From NCBI GenBank assembly GCA_013265495.1, contig MU058540.1:2195696-2259695 (forward strand): a stretch of DNA of 64,000 bases. The letters run 5' to 3'. The stretch is from Vicugna vicugna. Taxonomy: Eukaryota. Below are positions 10,706 to 25,524 of the stretch, one piece after another. How positions within the stretch are numbered: the first letter of the stretch is position 1; each line of letters starts with the position of its first letter. A program made the translations under genes and the position numbers. Below the pieces are notes generated by a model. It did no database searches, was not told the DNA's origin, and saw nothing but the letters and a program-made list of their open reading frames with translations.

Positions 10706-12539
10706 AGATAGTTATAGCACCTGAAGTTCTACCTTCCATGAAAATTTCCCTTCCATGCTGTCCTCAGAGCCATCCTGAGTTGAGGTGTCATGACTACAGC
10801 AGTCCACTGACACTTGGTGCCTTGAGAATTCTCTGTAGAGCAGGTAGAGGAAGGGGCTTCTCTTCCACAGTGAGACAAGAGGCCCAACTTCCCCTCAGGA
10901 ACTCACACAGCTGGGTATCAGCCCACAAGTTAGGATGTTGGTCAGCTAAAAACAAAAACAAACAAAGTGGCAAATGTCCACTAGAGACAGGAATCACAAC
11001 CCCTGCATCATTCAAATCATTGATAGTTACTGATTTCTACTGCTCCCCTGGGGATATAATACTGCTTTTGATTTATTTTTTGGAGAATGAGAGGGAGCAC
11101 CAGGGGCACTGACTTAGCTCTTACAGTTTATTAATCTTTAGCTCAAGGTCACGGGGCCAAGGTGAGGGATTCTACCAGTTCCTGAGGTGATTTGGTCTAA
11201 CCATTCAGGAACATGGGATGGGTTCAAAGCCTTGCAGTTCAGTCCTCTTGTATTCCCTGAATCTTATTTTAATGGACTTATGTTCTCTAGCAACAAGACT
11301 TAACAGATTTTTTGAACCATAGCACATAAAGGTCTTGAAATTCATTTTATTCCTTGAATCAATAACTAGACAATTTAGCTTGTCTTGCTTGACTTTATTC
11401 ATTGCTGTTATAAGCAGCCACCCTACACTGTGTTCTTGATTTCTTCATTCTCTTTCAATCTGTCTGTGACCAAAGCTACTCATTTCCCCCAGAACTTGAC
11501 TTTCAGAGGGCACGTGATCCATAGTGTTTGAAGATGATCATTTGACTAGCTGTTTCTCTTCTATGTATCATGGGCTGCTGTTTTCCCAATTCCAGACATA
11601 ATCAGGAATCTAGAGCCTTTTCCCTGAAGCCTGGGCCTGAAACCCTCTTTCTGGTGCTAATATTTAGATCAGGTTAGGGCTCTTTTGTGCCAAGAGCCAA
11701 AACCTACTCTGGCTAATGAAAGCAAAAAGGAAGGAAATGGAAAAATACTGGGTGGATCACCAGCTGAAGAAGGAACAGGACCATCTGTCTTAGGTAGGGC
11801 AGGAATTAGGGTGGCTCTGAAGCTCCTTGTTCACAAATGTCTCCTAAGGATGTTGCCAAGGCCTGACAAAACAACACCTTTTTACCTCATGTCAATCCAC
11901 CACCAATTCAGATTCCTTAGGGAGGACTGATGGCCTACCTTGGGTCACCCACCCAGCCCTGTCTCTAGGGTCTGTGTCCCCTGTGATTAGCTGTTCCCAC
12001 TAGAACCTTAGAAAGCAGGAAGGGTTGCTCTCAGAGATGAGGGAAGCTCTGCTGTTCAGGCCAACAAAGGGTGTCCACCAGCCCCTAAGAGTTTGATCCC
12101 AGGTTAGGGCCTTTTCTGAATGTGGAAACAAATAGCCCCTGCTTTGAGGAAGCTCCCAGTCTGATGGTGGAGACACAGGCCATGCCTTAATGAACTTCCA
12201 GTCTGATCGTGAAGACTGGTCACAAAATCAAAGAAATTTAAGAAAAAAGGAACCGTAAGTAACAGCACAAGTATGTTAAAGGCAGGTTTTTTTTTTTTAA
12301 ATAGCGAAAAACTGGAAACTGTCAAAATACTCCCAAAGGGAACTATGATTAAACAATTATTACACAAATATTAGAACCATGTTTTTGAAAAAAGCTAGTA
12401 ATGGGAAAAATTTTTAGTGGTGTGATGCTAAGTAAAAAAAATTGGATACTAAATATATATATTTTATTATCCAACTGTATAAAGCTATATTTCCAGAAGG
12501 AGGGAAATACCTCCAAATGTTAACAGAGGTACTAATAAT

Positions 12540-12755
12540 AAATAACAGTAACAATAACAATACACGTTTTTGAGCACTTTTTAATGTGAGGCCATGGGCT
12601 AAACATTTTACATACTTTATTTTACCTAACCCTTATATGATAGATACTATTATCTCCATTTTATAGATGAATAAACTGAGGCTCAGGAAGGTTAAATCCT
12701 TAGCTAATAAGTGGCCGATTCAAATCCAGATCTGCCTAAATCCAAAGTCCATGTT
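12540..12755 (-). mobile_element. MIR SINE
   Basis: ctccattttatagatgaataaactgaggctcagg. Confidence 0.65.
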
Positions 12756-13052
12756 TTTAGAATGATTTTGTTTCTCCTTAGCTCCCAGTTTGGTGTTATG
12801 AGTGATTTTTATTCTTTTATGTAACTTTCTTGAATTTTCCTATATATCTACACTAGTCATGTGTTTACCTATAAATTCAGGGAAAATATAGACATTTTGA
12901 AAAAGAGGGGAAAATATGCAACAAAAATATAAAGAGGAGAAAGACATTGTACTGAACAAAAAGGATAGTAAGGTCTGAGAAGTCTCATAAGGAATGCTCC
13001 TTACTGTTTGCAGCTGCTTCTATTATCACACCATCAGTCTTCATTGCAAATT

Positions 13053-13107
13053 ATCTGTCTATCTATCTATCTACCTACCTACCTACCTACCCATCCATCC
13101 ATCCATT
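13053..13107. repeat. Compound tetranucleotide microsatellite (TCTA)n(CCTA)n(CCAT)n
   Basis: Seen directly in the sequence. Confidence 0.85.
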
Positions 13108-13319
13108 TATGTAAATATCTCACTGTCCTTAAGAGCAGGGGCCCTGCCCTTTTTGTTCTGTGGTTCTTGCTTGAGGGAGTTATCCTCCAACAGTGCGTAG
13201 TACATAGTAGCCTCTTAGTAATTGTTGACTGAATGATCAGGACAAGAAACCAGTGACCTGGATGGCTGTGCGGGATTGGAGGTTCCGGGAGGGCGACCAA
13301 GGATCCAGGGACGGGTGGG

Positions 13320-13660
13320 ATGGAATAGGGACTGCACTCAGGACGTGGTTTTGCCTCAGGAACTGAGCGGGAGGAATGTAAGCGCCGCAGCCCCATCCTT
13401 CCAATTCTTGTTATCCCCGCTCAGGAGGGTGAAGAGGGGTCTCGAGTCCCAGTGGCAGGGGTGTGTGTTGAGTGGGTTGGCTGCTTGTTGTACTCCTCCG
13501 CCAGAGTCCCGGGGCGCTGGCCGCGGTGCTGAAATCAGCGCTCTCGGAGGAGGGAGGGAGGAGGAGCCAGGCCGGGCAAAGGGGGCGGAGCTCTCTGATG
13601 CTCTGAGCTGGAAGAGGGGAGGGGCAGGGCGGCGCCAGCAGGCCCGAGACCCTGGCTGGC
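13320..13660 (+). promoter_or_regulatory. LHFPL5: CpG/GC-rich promoter region of LHFPL5
   Basis: Local CpG enrichment and a GC box (GGGGCGGAGC near 13582), about 250-600 nt upstream of the ATG. Confidence 0.55.
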
Positions 13661-13823
13661 TTGAGAGGAGGCAGGAGACGGGAGATAGCAGGGCTAGAGC
13701 AGAAGTACCTGAGCAAGCTTCCCCTGAAGAAGCCAAGGTCATCTTCCTTGTCCTATCAGTCCTCTTTTCTCTACCTTAGAGCTTCACCTTGTGCCCTGAC
13801 CTCGGCCTTCTCTCCAAACCTAG

Positions 13824-14471
<648 letters not shown>

Positions 14472-16635
14472 TGAGAAGTAGAATTACTGAGACCAAAAAA
14501 ACCTTAAAGATCAAATTGTTCCACCCTCTCATCCTGCTAACAAGGAACTGGGATCCAGAAAAGGGAAGTGACTTGCTTAGGAGCACATTCCAGCTGGTAG
14601 AAGAAATCAGGGATCCTGACTCCCAGGACACCACACCAGAGGTTGTTGTTGCTCTGAGAGGGAGAAGGAAGGAAGTTTCTGTTTTGGCCATGTGGGAATA
14701 GGACACTCCTCCCCATCCCAGGGCAAAATAGTCATGCCAGTCAAGTACATTTTACATGACCCCATCTCCTACTTCTGGGCATTATTTCTCCTTCATGTAT
14801 CCCCAGATCTTCCCTCCCACCCCAGCCTGTTCTCAGAGAGATTCTAAAGTCCATCATTGATTTGGAGTATTATGCCGGGTGTGACCTCTCCCATGGAAAC
14901 TTGCATGTTTCCTGTTTCATAGTGGACTGAAAGTCTTTGTTCCCTAATTATAGGATTCCATGCTTGAGGCAGCAAATGGGAGTGATATTTTGTGATGGGG
15001 GGGAGGGATTAGGGCCTTTTAAAACTGTGTGGGGTAGGTGCCTACCTGTGGTGTCCAGGGGCAAAGTCTTCCTGCCCCTGTCCCAGGAAGGCCTCTCAGT
15101 CCTTGAGCCAGCTGGTCCTGCTCTCCTCTAAAGCCCAGAAAGAGATGCCTAAGACTGTCTTGCAGCCCTTGGTCCCTCCCCACCCCTGTTCATACTAGGG
15201 AGATGTCTAGGAGCAGTTCTGAGGACTGCAGACTAGCATGAAACCATCTGGACATCATTAGTCAGAATGAGAAGCAGTGTCATATTTAACAGGGGGAATG
15301 GAACAGAGATCAGAATCCCAGACAACCAAACACATAAACTCAAGACTGTCAGAGATGGAAGGGACCCGAGAGAGCTGTAGAGTCCCTGCCAACTATAGAT
15401 GAGGAATCTGGGACCGAGAGAGAAGAAAAGATTTTGTCAAGACTATAGCAGATCAACTGGCAATTGAGGAACTGGGAAAATCAAGGCAGTGGGTTCCAGG
15501 AAACTAGATGTGTTCCAAAGACCTTTTATACTGAGGCACACATTTATATAAGTATGATGATTTGGAAAGTACTTCCCATGTATCATCTGGCAGAGCCTCA
15601 TCATGACCCAGTGAGGTGGGTATTCCTCCCATTTTATACATAAAGCTCCTAGTGGGTAACCTGTCTTTTAACACACAGGTAGTGAAGAACAGAACCTTTG
15701 ACTCCAAATCTTGTACTCAGGCTACTCACCTGGCTCTAGAGATGCTGCTTCCCCAATTCCCTGTCCATCTCTCTTCCTCTGTAGTCTCTCTATATGATGA
15801 TGGAGAGGCTGAGGTAGGGATGAGGCAAGTCTTGGCGGGCAGAGGGGAGAAAGGAGGGAGAATAAAGATTTAGCAGTTTTGTGACAAAGAGGGAGCAGAA
15901 TGAACCCTGGTATGCTTGCTAGCTGGTCCTCCATATCAGAGCTATGGGATACTGGAAATACAACCCACCCTCTTTCATTCTCTACACTGTCACACTCCCC
16001 CAACCTTCTGCAACAGGTGCCATTTGCTGAACAGGTGGTGCTGGGAGGGCTTGAGTAGGGGAGGGGTCACCAGGCCATTTGAGTCAGATCCTTTCTGGGT
16101 CATGGAGCTGAAGACACTGATAGCAGAGGTGCTCAGTTGCCATCCCATGAAACATTTATGTTGGGAGAGAGCAAAGGTGGTGTCATGTTCCATTCTTAGG
16201 TGCTGGGAAAGGGAAGATGAGCCAAAGGGAGGGCTTAAGTCAGGGGTGTGCCCTACAGCCAGCAGCTGGGAGATGCATCCATTTGAAAAGACCTAAATCA
16301 GTTAGCTCAACCTTGACAAGAAACCTGGGACCAGGGAAGGGAGCAGAAGGGAAAGAGGACTGATGAATGGGACAGTGTGGGGCTGTGGCTTAACAATGTT
16401 AACTGCTTCTGGATGTCAAGTGTAGGCTGAGTAGGGTCCCAGCTCCTAGAAACACAGGTGGGGCAAGTTGCTTGTCTCTCTGAATCTTCATATCCTCATT
16501 TGTAGAAGGTAGCAATAGTACTCCCATCACAGCATTTTCGTGAAAATGAGGCGATATAATGCATAAAAAACACCTTGCACGGTACCTGATACGTGGTAGG
16601 TGCTCAGTAAACGTGAAAAACACAAAACATCTTTA

Positions 16636-17020
16636 CCAGTCAGGATGGATGCGGTGATGTCATACTAACAATACCCAAATCTTAGTGGCTTAAGCAAGGT
16701 TTATTTCTTTTCACGGCACATGCTTGCTGAAGATCAGAGTGGGGCTCTGCGCTCACTGTTCTCATCTAGATGCCAGGCCGATGGAGCATCAGCTGTCATC
16801 TGGCTGCCATCATTGCAGAGTGAAAGGGAGCTCTGGAACATCTCCAACAGCAGTTAAATGCTCTGGCCTGGAAATGCACATGGCATTTCTGTTAACATTT
16901 TATTGGCCAAAGGAAGTCTTATGGCCTTGCCTAACATCAAGGGAGGGAGTCTAGGAAGTAAAATTCTACTACGTACCTGGAATATTTGTGAACAGCTGTA
17001 ATGACATCCACATCCACTGA
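16636..17020. mobile_element. Old MLT1-type LTR
   Basis: aacaatacccaaatcttagtggcttaa...cattttattggccaaaggaagtc. Confidence 0.55.
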
Positions 17021-19143
17021 GGTTGCTTCCACCTGACTTCACTGCCAATAATAATAGCAACTAACTAACGTTAACTGGCCACTTACCATGTACCAGACAT
17101 TGCAGTGAGCATTTTCTATACATGATCACACTTAATCCTCATAACTTTGCTATGAGCCAGATATTATCCTTATCTTCCAGATGAGAGTATGGAAGTCAGA
17201 AAGGGTAAGTATACTCACCTGAGAATACCATGCTGGCCTCTACTTAGAGCCCTGAGACACCACAATGGGGTTGTCCCCTGCTGTGCCCAAGTGGATGGGT
17301 GGGGGCTGTGGCACCCACAGTAACAACCCAAATCAGAGGCCCTGGGCTCTTTCCTGGAGCCCTGTAGGGAGATGCTGTGGAAGGCGAAGAGGGCCATGCC
17401 AGGCACCAGAGGACTTGTCGTACACCAAGTGGAAAAGACCACATGTTTTACGAAAGAGCTCTGGGAGGTTCTCCCTCCTCCACCCTAAGTAGCTTCCTGA
17501 AACGCTTCTCAGTTTCACTAAGTCAGAAATGTCATTATTAAATACATTCAGTTTTTTGGAGAGATATCAGTCTGGGAGTCTGGGGGAATTAACTTTGAAG
17601 TCGAGAAACTCAGGAGCTTTCAGTGCAGGTCTTGATTCTGCTGTAGTTGGATGACTAGGCAACTCACATGGTTTCTCTGAGTCCTTGGTTTTCTAACCTG
17701 TAAAATGGGATATTAATACATGGCCTACTTCACAGAACTATAGTCAGAATCCTGAGAAAAACGGTACATGAAGTATTTTGTGATCTATAAGAAAAGTATG
17801 TAAATGAGTTCCTCCTAGAAAAAACCAAAGAAGAGTTGACCCACATTTAGATGGGGAGGTGGGAACCTGATCTTTACACTTTGCTGTGCTTTTCTTGGTC
17901 TGCTGATCTTCCTTGCAAGAACAAGCTGAGTCCCAGGTAAGTGACTTTGGGTCCTGCGAGGTGCTTCTCCACAGGGCTGCTGGGTAGGACACAGCCTTGG
18001 GACTAAAGAGCCTCTGGAGGGAGGGCTGGGGGTGGAAAGCCACACAGATAAGAGAAGGCATTCCTTGCCTGCCTGGTGGTTGTCCTTGAGGTTGCCCTGG
18101 TCACATCCCAGGATTATATCACCTGTCTGGGCAGCTAAGGTGAGATGGTGGTTTGGTGGGAGGGCATGGGTGAAGTGGGGGCAAGGTGAGGAAATTTTTG
18201 GCTGGAAATACTAAATCAGTGAAAGCACAGTGTGGGATAATAGCTAACACTCATGAAATGCCAAATGTGTGCCAGGCATTGTTCTGAGCACTTTTCCAGT
18301 ATTAACTCGCTTAAAATTCACTGCAGTCCAAACAGGTAGATACTATTATCCCTTTTTTACAGATGAAGAAACTGAAGAAAAAAAAAAAGGCTTAAGCAGC
18401 TTGCTCTGAGTCACACAGCTAGTTAGCAAAAAGCTGGGCTTCAGATCCAGGCAGCCTACTCCAGTGGTCTCAGCTTCTCTTATTGAGAAAATCACCCAGA
18501 GGCATGCTTTTAAAAACAGGGATACCTGAGCCCAACCCTGACCTGGGAATCAGCATTTTAAACAAATCCAGTGACGTTTGGGCAACTGTACTGTGCTGTA
18601 GTGGGAAGGGGTGAGAACTGTTTGCCTGAATGGAAGGTTCATGAAAGAAGCAGCCAGAGGTGGGGCTGGAAAACTTCCTGTATTCACTGAATCTAAGATA
18701 CCTGCATTGTAGGACACACCATTATTCTATGTACTACAAAAAGGAAAAATACTTCTAATCAAATTGTAGCCTAAAACTTTGTTATTACACTTATTTCAGA
18801 GATGCTGGAGTATGAACGAATGCCCATGTTAGAAGTGATGAGTCCTCTGGTCTTTGGGAGGGCTTTGAAGCCAGGTTAGGCAGTGCCTTGTCAAGCCCAA
18901 AGTGAGGGGCATGGCTGAGGGCCTAGTAGGTGCCACGGCAGATCCTTCCCTGGCCTGAGGAGCTCTGGTCTCTGACTCTACCCCTGACCACTGGCTCCCA
19001 GGGCAAGTCACTTTAGCTCTTACAGCCTCAGTCTTCCCCTGCGTTCAACAAGCAGAGCAGGAGCTACCCCTTGTAACTCTCAAGGCTGTTAACACAAGAA
19101 GCAGGGAGGTGACAAGATAACAGCAGTGCGAGGTGGGAGGTAG

Positions 19144-19446
<303 letters not shown>

Positions 19447-19575
19447 TAGGGAGGTGGGGCTTCCTCACAGCCAGTCTTGAGGTTTGGGCCCTGGCCCAGG
19501 GGTGGGGACACCAAGACCAATCAGATGCAGCATTAAAAAAGAAAAAAAAAAAAAACCTGCTTCACAAGGTTGTAC

Positions 19576-19772
19576 TCAGGAATAAGGATGTCTGCTCTTG
19601 TCACTTCTGTTGAAGAACGTATTGGACATTACAGCCAGGGAAGTTAGGCAAGAGAAAGAAAGAAAAGATCTACTTTGGAGAGGAAGAAGTACAACTATCT
19701 CTATTAGCAGATGACATGATTTTGTATATGGAAAATCCTAAGTAATTCACTAAAAAACTATTAAAGCTAATA
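19576..19772 (+). mobile_element. L1 ORF2 reverse-transcriptase fragment in LHFPL5 intron 2
   Basis: Translates GEEEVQLSLLADDMILYMENPK*FTKKLLKLI, against the L1 ORF2p consensus [32 protein letters not shown]. Confidence 0.85.
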
Positions 19773-19793
19773 CATGTCTTTTTCTCATTGCAG

Positions 19794-19804
19794 AGGAAGT
19801 CTGA
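19794..19804 (+). CDS. LHFPL5: LHFPL5 exon 3 coding part (EEV*); the exon runs to 19820
   Basis: tttttctcattgcag|AG GAA GTC TGA, then 16 nt of UTR and a gtgagt donor at 19821. Total CDS 412+237+11 = 660 nt, 219 aa. Confidence 0.9.
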
Positions 19805-20689
19805 AGCAGCTGTAGCGTTGGTGAGTAATTTCATTGGAGGGTGATCTGCATGCTTTTGGAAGGGCTGTGGCCTCTCTGCTTCCTTATTGAATCGTCAGGC
19901 AGGACTCATGGGGCTGGGCTGTAGGGGCCAGAAAGAGGAGCAATGAGAAGGGCGGGCAGGAGCTAGCTGGCATCTGAGAATTTCACTGAGGGGCAAACAG
20001 GAACCCTTCAGTTTTACTTGTGTTTTGGGAAGTGGAAAAAGCACAGGGAGAGAAGAAATAATTTAAAACAGGAAGGTGGTTTCATAAACTCATCTTTTTG
20101 TGGAGCCTGGCAAACGAGAACAGACTGTTTTTAGAAGTCATTGTAATTTGGACCCTTATTTTCAGGAAGAATTTTAAGTGATTTGTAAGAAACATACTAG
20201 AAAACCTAATAATATAGAAAATAAAAGTCATAGAGAAGAATACAAATATTTCAGAAGGCTAAGCTAATAGAATTAGTGTATTGAGTATTAAATTTAGCTC
20301 CTTGTTTTCTGATAGCTGAAGTAAAAAGCAAAATACGTTTTAACCAGTTTTAAGGTCTGGTTGAAAAGGAAACACAACATATTAATTTCCTTATTGTCTT
20401 TTAAGTTTCCAAAATGTGATTTAAGAGGAACATGAACACATTTAGGAAGAAAGGAAGGAAGGAAAGAAGGGAGAGAAAAAGAAAGAAAACGAAAATCCAG
20501 CAACAGTAACACCTCCCTATTAGCTGCCACTTACTAGGACTTAACAGCAGGCTAGGCACTTTGTGTGGGTAGGCAGGGGTATCTCCATCTAAACTATCTT
20601 AATTTTTGCTAAGTACCTCCCAGTCCTTGAGCATGTAGACATACTTTTTTGATAATTTTAAATTAGTACTGCCCCTCCACACACTTATT

Positions 20690-20837
20690 AGATGATTGTC
20701 AAGCTTTAATATGCACAATCACCTGTGGATCTTGTTGAAATTCATACTGATTCAGTTGGAGTGGGGCTAGACCTGTGTTTCTAACCAGCTCCTAGGTGAT
20801 GGGCTGCTGGACAGGGGTTACACTTTGAGTAGCAAAC
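20690..20837. mobile_element. MER5A-like DNA transposon fossil
   Basis: aatcacctgtggatcttgttgaaa...ctgattcag...cactttgagtagcaa. Confidence 0.65.
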
Positions 20838-21546
20838 TATTAGAGTATAAACGTTTTCTCATGTTTTTGCAATGTTCATTATTAAAGTTTTTAAAGCCAC
20901 AAACTCCACAGCACTCGTGTACCATTTCATCACCAAATCAGACCTTGGTTATTACAGCTATTTAGGACTGCCATCCTAGATAATGACTTTTTGCTTTCTG
21001 TTGATAAATTCTGGAGTAGCATTACTGAATCAAAGGTAACTATACATCTATCTGCTTTTTTCCTTTTCTTGCACTACATTTTATCTGCATCTTAAAAGAC
21101 ATTTAAGAGTTTTTACTTGAGGGATATTGATACTACCTTATACACTAATGAGGAATTTGCATGTCTGGATTAGAACTGAATCAAAATGTGAGCATTCATG
21201 GGGGTGTTCTTATTGTCTCAAAAAGTATCAAATTCTATTATCTTGCATTTTTTTTTAAATACCACAGGTCATCTAGTTGCCTGACAATGGAAAGTGAGGG
21301 AATCATATTCTTCAGAAATAAAAAATTTGTTCCTTTCAAGCTTCCCTGTGTCTGCTACTCTAGGCCGGACATCCTGAAGCCTTTCATTATAGGATTAGAA
21401 CCTGATAGTCCCCTGAGATAAGACCTCCTACTGTATCTGGAAAACTACAGTGAAGCAGAACTGCAGTGACCACATCCATGATGTTCAGAGACATGGATGT
21501 AACTCTCCTAATTGGGGATCCATGTTCTCTTCTTATCCCTCCACAG

Positions 21547-23075
21547 CGGGAAATTGCTTTAGCCTCTTGAGGCCTCTTTGTAAAATGAGAGCGGAATGAA
21601 TCCGAATCCAGTGGCCTCCCACATCTGAGTTCCCGATAGCCTAACTCACCAAGGATACCCAGAAACTGCCACTCAGCTCTATGAGGGCAGTGAAGAAGAG
21701 GTGGCTGTAAGTGTGCTGGATCATTTAAGGTTGAGGTTTAGAGGGTCTTTTCTTTCTCATGTTTTGTTTTCTTATTGATGCTCAGAAGCGGGTAAGGAAT
21801 GGAGAGGCCACCAGAACCTGAACCCATCAGGAAGTCTTATAAAGATTGGGTGAATATGGGATCTAAAAACTTACCAGACTAAATTGACCTCTTTACCCTT
21901 TGGAACCAAAAATCACATCTCTTCATATGCTCACTCTGACCCAATCACAACTGGCTACCAACTTCAGAAAGTTGTTACTTATGGCAAATAATTTGTTATA
22001 GTAACAGATGATGTTTTTTGTAAAAAAAAAAATTGGATTTGGTACATTAAATGGTGAACCTTTCACTAGCCTCCAGAGTGGAACTCAATTTTGGTAATAT
22101 TTCATTATAGTAAATGCCAAGACAAAGATAAGTTACTCAGGCTGTTCTCTGCCTGGAGGTTGGTGCCTAGAAACAAGGTTTTGTTGATTATCTGCAGTGA
22201 ATGATCCAGGAAGAATAGGTGTTTTTTCCTGATCTTTGTCCATTTCTTCAGTAAAGAGATGTGGGTGCTGTGCTCTCACAGGTGGAAAGCAGGTAAATAC
22301 TGAACAAAACTAATGGACCTTGTCATTGCTTCATCAAGCAGCAGCGACATGGGGAACAGTTTTCTTCTGGGCTGCAGGGCATGCTTTTTAACCAATGCAT
22401 GCTGACAACCTGCCCAGTCAGTGCAGTGTTTCTTCTCCAGTTCAGATGGGCTAGGAATGAGCATCTGAGCATTTGTCCCAGTTGTTGGTGATGGGAAATA
22501 TTAGAATGGGATTTAAGAATGATCACATTCATATTTTCTTGTACTGATATTTTAATCAGGCATCTACTTTATGCAAGCTTGATGAACAACAGAATTTGGC
22601 AAATTCCATAGCTTAGTGATTTTTCTAGCTATATTTGTTTAGTTATTTCTCTTAATTTTACTTCTTATAAAAGACAAAAGAAAAATTTCTTAGTCTCCTT
22701 ACCTTCAAAGTATTTCTCACTGAAATGGCAACCATGGTGATCCACAGAAGCTTCTGGGGGGCTTAAAATGCATCTGCCAATAGCTCACACCTTGTTCTTG
22801 CCAAGAACAGCGAGTTTCATCAAAGCAGGAGTTGATGTTTACCAACGACCAGTGCTGGGGAAGATCCGCAAATCTGTTTGAATCGCATGGCTCAGCATTT
22901 CATCTTATGCTTCATCTTCAAGGAAACTCAGAACTCAACCTCTCCAATAAATGATTTTTGATTATACTGTTTATCAGCTCTTTTCAAGTGGCTCTATCTT
23001 TAAATTCTTAAAGGCACCTCAAATCTCATCTTTGAAAGTATACAGAAAATCAATAAAACCAGCACTCCTCTAACC
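21547..23075 (+). other. LHFPL5: Probable LHFPL5 non-coding last exon (3' UTR)
   Basis: Strong acceptor ttctcttcttatccctccacag ending at 21546; AATAAA at 22946-22951 and 23052-23057. The 3' end is approximate. Confidence 0.55.
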
Positions 23076-23238
23076 AAGTTGACTTAATCCTTCTGCCTTG
23101 GGCTGGGGCATAGGGATGGTTGTGATGCTTAAACTTCACCAACAATGACTAGCCCTGAGCAGGTTGAGAGGAAGGTCTTATCATTCATTTTACGCAAACT
23201 GGAAGGACATCCTAATTGCTTTCATTATCTTACATCTC

Positions 23239-23710
23239 TGTATTAGTTACCTGTTGCTACATAACAAATTACTCCAGAACTCAGTGGCTTAAAACAGCAT
23301 TTCAGTTTCTGTGGGTTAGGAATTGGCAAAGATCAGCTAAGTGTCCTTGCCTCAAGGTTTCTCACAGGGCTGCAGTTAATGTGTTTGGATCTGCTTCCAA
23401 ACTCAGTGGTTGTCTGCAGGATTCAACTTCTCACAGGTTGTTGGAACAAAGGCCCGAGTTCCTTGCTGGCTGAGGGCCTCTCAGGGATACTCACATGGCA
23501 GCTCACTTCCTCAGAGCAAAGGTTCCAAGACAGAGCAAGAGAGGGTGCACAGACAGAAGCCACAGCCCCTTTGTAACCCCATCTCAGAAGTGATATTCTG
23601 TTACTGTTGCCTTCATCTGATTATTAGAACAGTCGCAAAGTCCAGCCCACATTCAAGGTGATGGAGTTGTACAAGTATGTGAATACCAGGAGGTGGGAAC
23701 TATTGGGGTC
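23239..23710. mobile_element. MLT1 (MaLR) LTR
   Basis: tgtattagttacctgttgctacataacaaattactcc...cagtggcttaaaaca...gtgaataccaggaggtggga. Confidence 0.7.
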
Positions 23711-25518
23711 CTCAGTTGTTTCTAACAGTTATTCGTAATTAATTTTCTGCTGAAACGGACATTTACCAGAATGCTTTACTGAAACAAAGATTAGATTCTA
23801 GTAAGTGTACATGCTGATGGACACATGTTTTGTAATAACGCTGCCAAAGATGAAGGGCCCAAACCCTCAAGCTCATCCTGCTTCTGCTATTTCACCTCAG
23901 TGATCTATGGTAGGGTCCACTAATTTCCAACCCTGACCATACTCTCCCCTACATTTAGTAAATCCAAAGCAACCACCGTAATGTCTTAAGGATACAACTT
24001 CTAAGAATATAGCTCAAAAAGCAGGCAGCTGATGTAGTTCTGTAATACAGTCCAGCTCTGCCAACTGGAGGGCAAGGCTTGTTATTGTATTAAAATAGGC
24101 AAAACCAGGATCTGGAATAAGGACAAAAGAGAAGATTATGGCAGAAAAGTGAACTTAGAAGGATATAAAATCAGACTGATTATCTATGTATTAGAAACCC
24201 TCACCCCTTTATAAGGAAGTCAGTAATAGAACTAGGCACTAATGTAAACTTGCTCAGTTAAAACTTGTAAACACAACATGATCTCAAATTTTTTTAAACT
24301 ATTTCTAACATCACAAGGACTTGGATTAATATTTGTGCAACTTAAAAGATAAATGTGTATCATTCAGGTAGTTTTAAATTAATTAATGGTTTCCCTGTGG
24401 ACATTTAGGGCAAATGAAAACTTAAAAGGTAGAGCTGTAACTCCACCTCAGTTTGATGGTTCTTTTGACATAGCTACAAGCTCTTCTAGAATTTAAGTTC
24501 TCCAAAACCTTCAGAGTTCTAGGTCAATACATTTACCACCACAGCTTAGAAGGACTGGCTAGATTGGCTAATCTGAAGTTGATGAACTTCAATTTTCTTT
24601 TTTTTAAAACAGGTTAGATCCTGGTCAACACTACCATATGAACACACTACGTATGTTTTAAGAACAGCTCAATTAAAACAAAACAGTTTACAGTTTATGT
24701 AGTTCAGGGGTGGGGAAGGACTTTCAATGAGTTACATTAAAAATACCATAAATAAAAGTGATGGAAAAATGACAAAAATGCCTTACCTTTAATATATAAC
24801 ACATGCTTACCAAATCATCAAATAGAGAAGCTTGCCAAAAGCAAGCTGGGTAATGTAAGCAAATAACCAAAAAATACAAATGGCCAATTTCAAAACCCAT
24901 GAAACAAGTTTCTGACTTCACTAGTCATCCAATATGTAAATTAAAACAAGACACTCCCTTTTTTTGGCAATCAAACTGGCTACTAGGAACAACAGGCCCA
25001 TTCAAACACTTGGTCACAGGAAAACAGTCCAACTGTTCTCCACATAAGTTACACAACATTTATTAAAAAGCCTTAAAAACGTGCTTACTCTCTGGCTCAG
25101 ACATTCTATTTTTAAGAATTTATCCTAAGAAGTGAGTCAGACAAGTATATGAAAACCTGTGTATAAGAGAGGTCATCATGCCAGCGCCTTAGAGTTCACA
25201 AATTTTTGACATTTTGCACTTTGTGGGGAGGTAAAAACAAAAAACTCTACTACAAATATTCAGGGACAATGGTATTGAATGTAGGGAATGTTTTCCAAAA
25301 TGTACTTTTATTAATCCCACCCCACCACAAGTTTAAAGAGAAGCAAAGCTGCAAACCCCACAAAATGGCGCATGTTTAAATTACACACTTTCATGGCATA
25401 TTTAAATTCAAAAAGCAACTCAACTAATCCTTTCCTCCATTCTAAAGCTGGGTCAGATCAACGTGGGCAACAAATGAACAGAAATCTTCTGGAAACATGT
25501 AGGTTATTAAATAATTTG

Positions 25519-25524
25519 TTTATT
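25519..25524 (-). terminator. SRPK1: SRPK1 polyadenylation signal AATAAA (3' UTR about 25500-27789)
   Basis: tttatt on +, with an upstream TGTA on the minus strand; about 2.3 kb after the stop. A second AATAAA lies at 25307-25312. Confidence 0.65.

Noticed and set aside
13530..13555. Possible RE1/REST site (atcagcgctctcggagg) in the LHFPL5 promoter
   Set aside because: Too many mismatches to TTCAGCACCnnGGACAG to support.
13079..13779. Overlapping ORFs of 101-167 aa on both strands
   Set aside because: Stop-poor GC-rich promoter and 5' UTR of LHFPL5, with no recognisable protein features.
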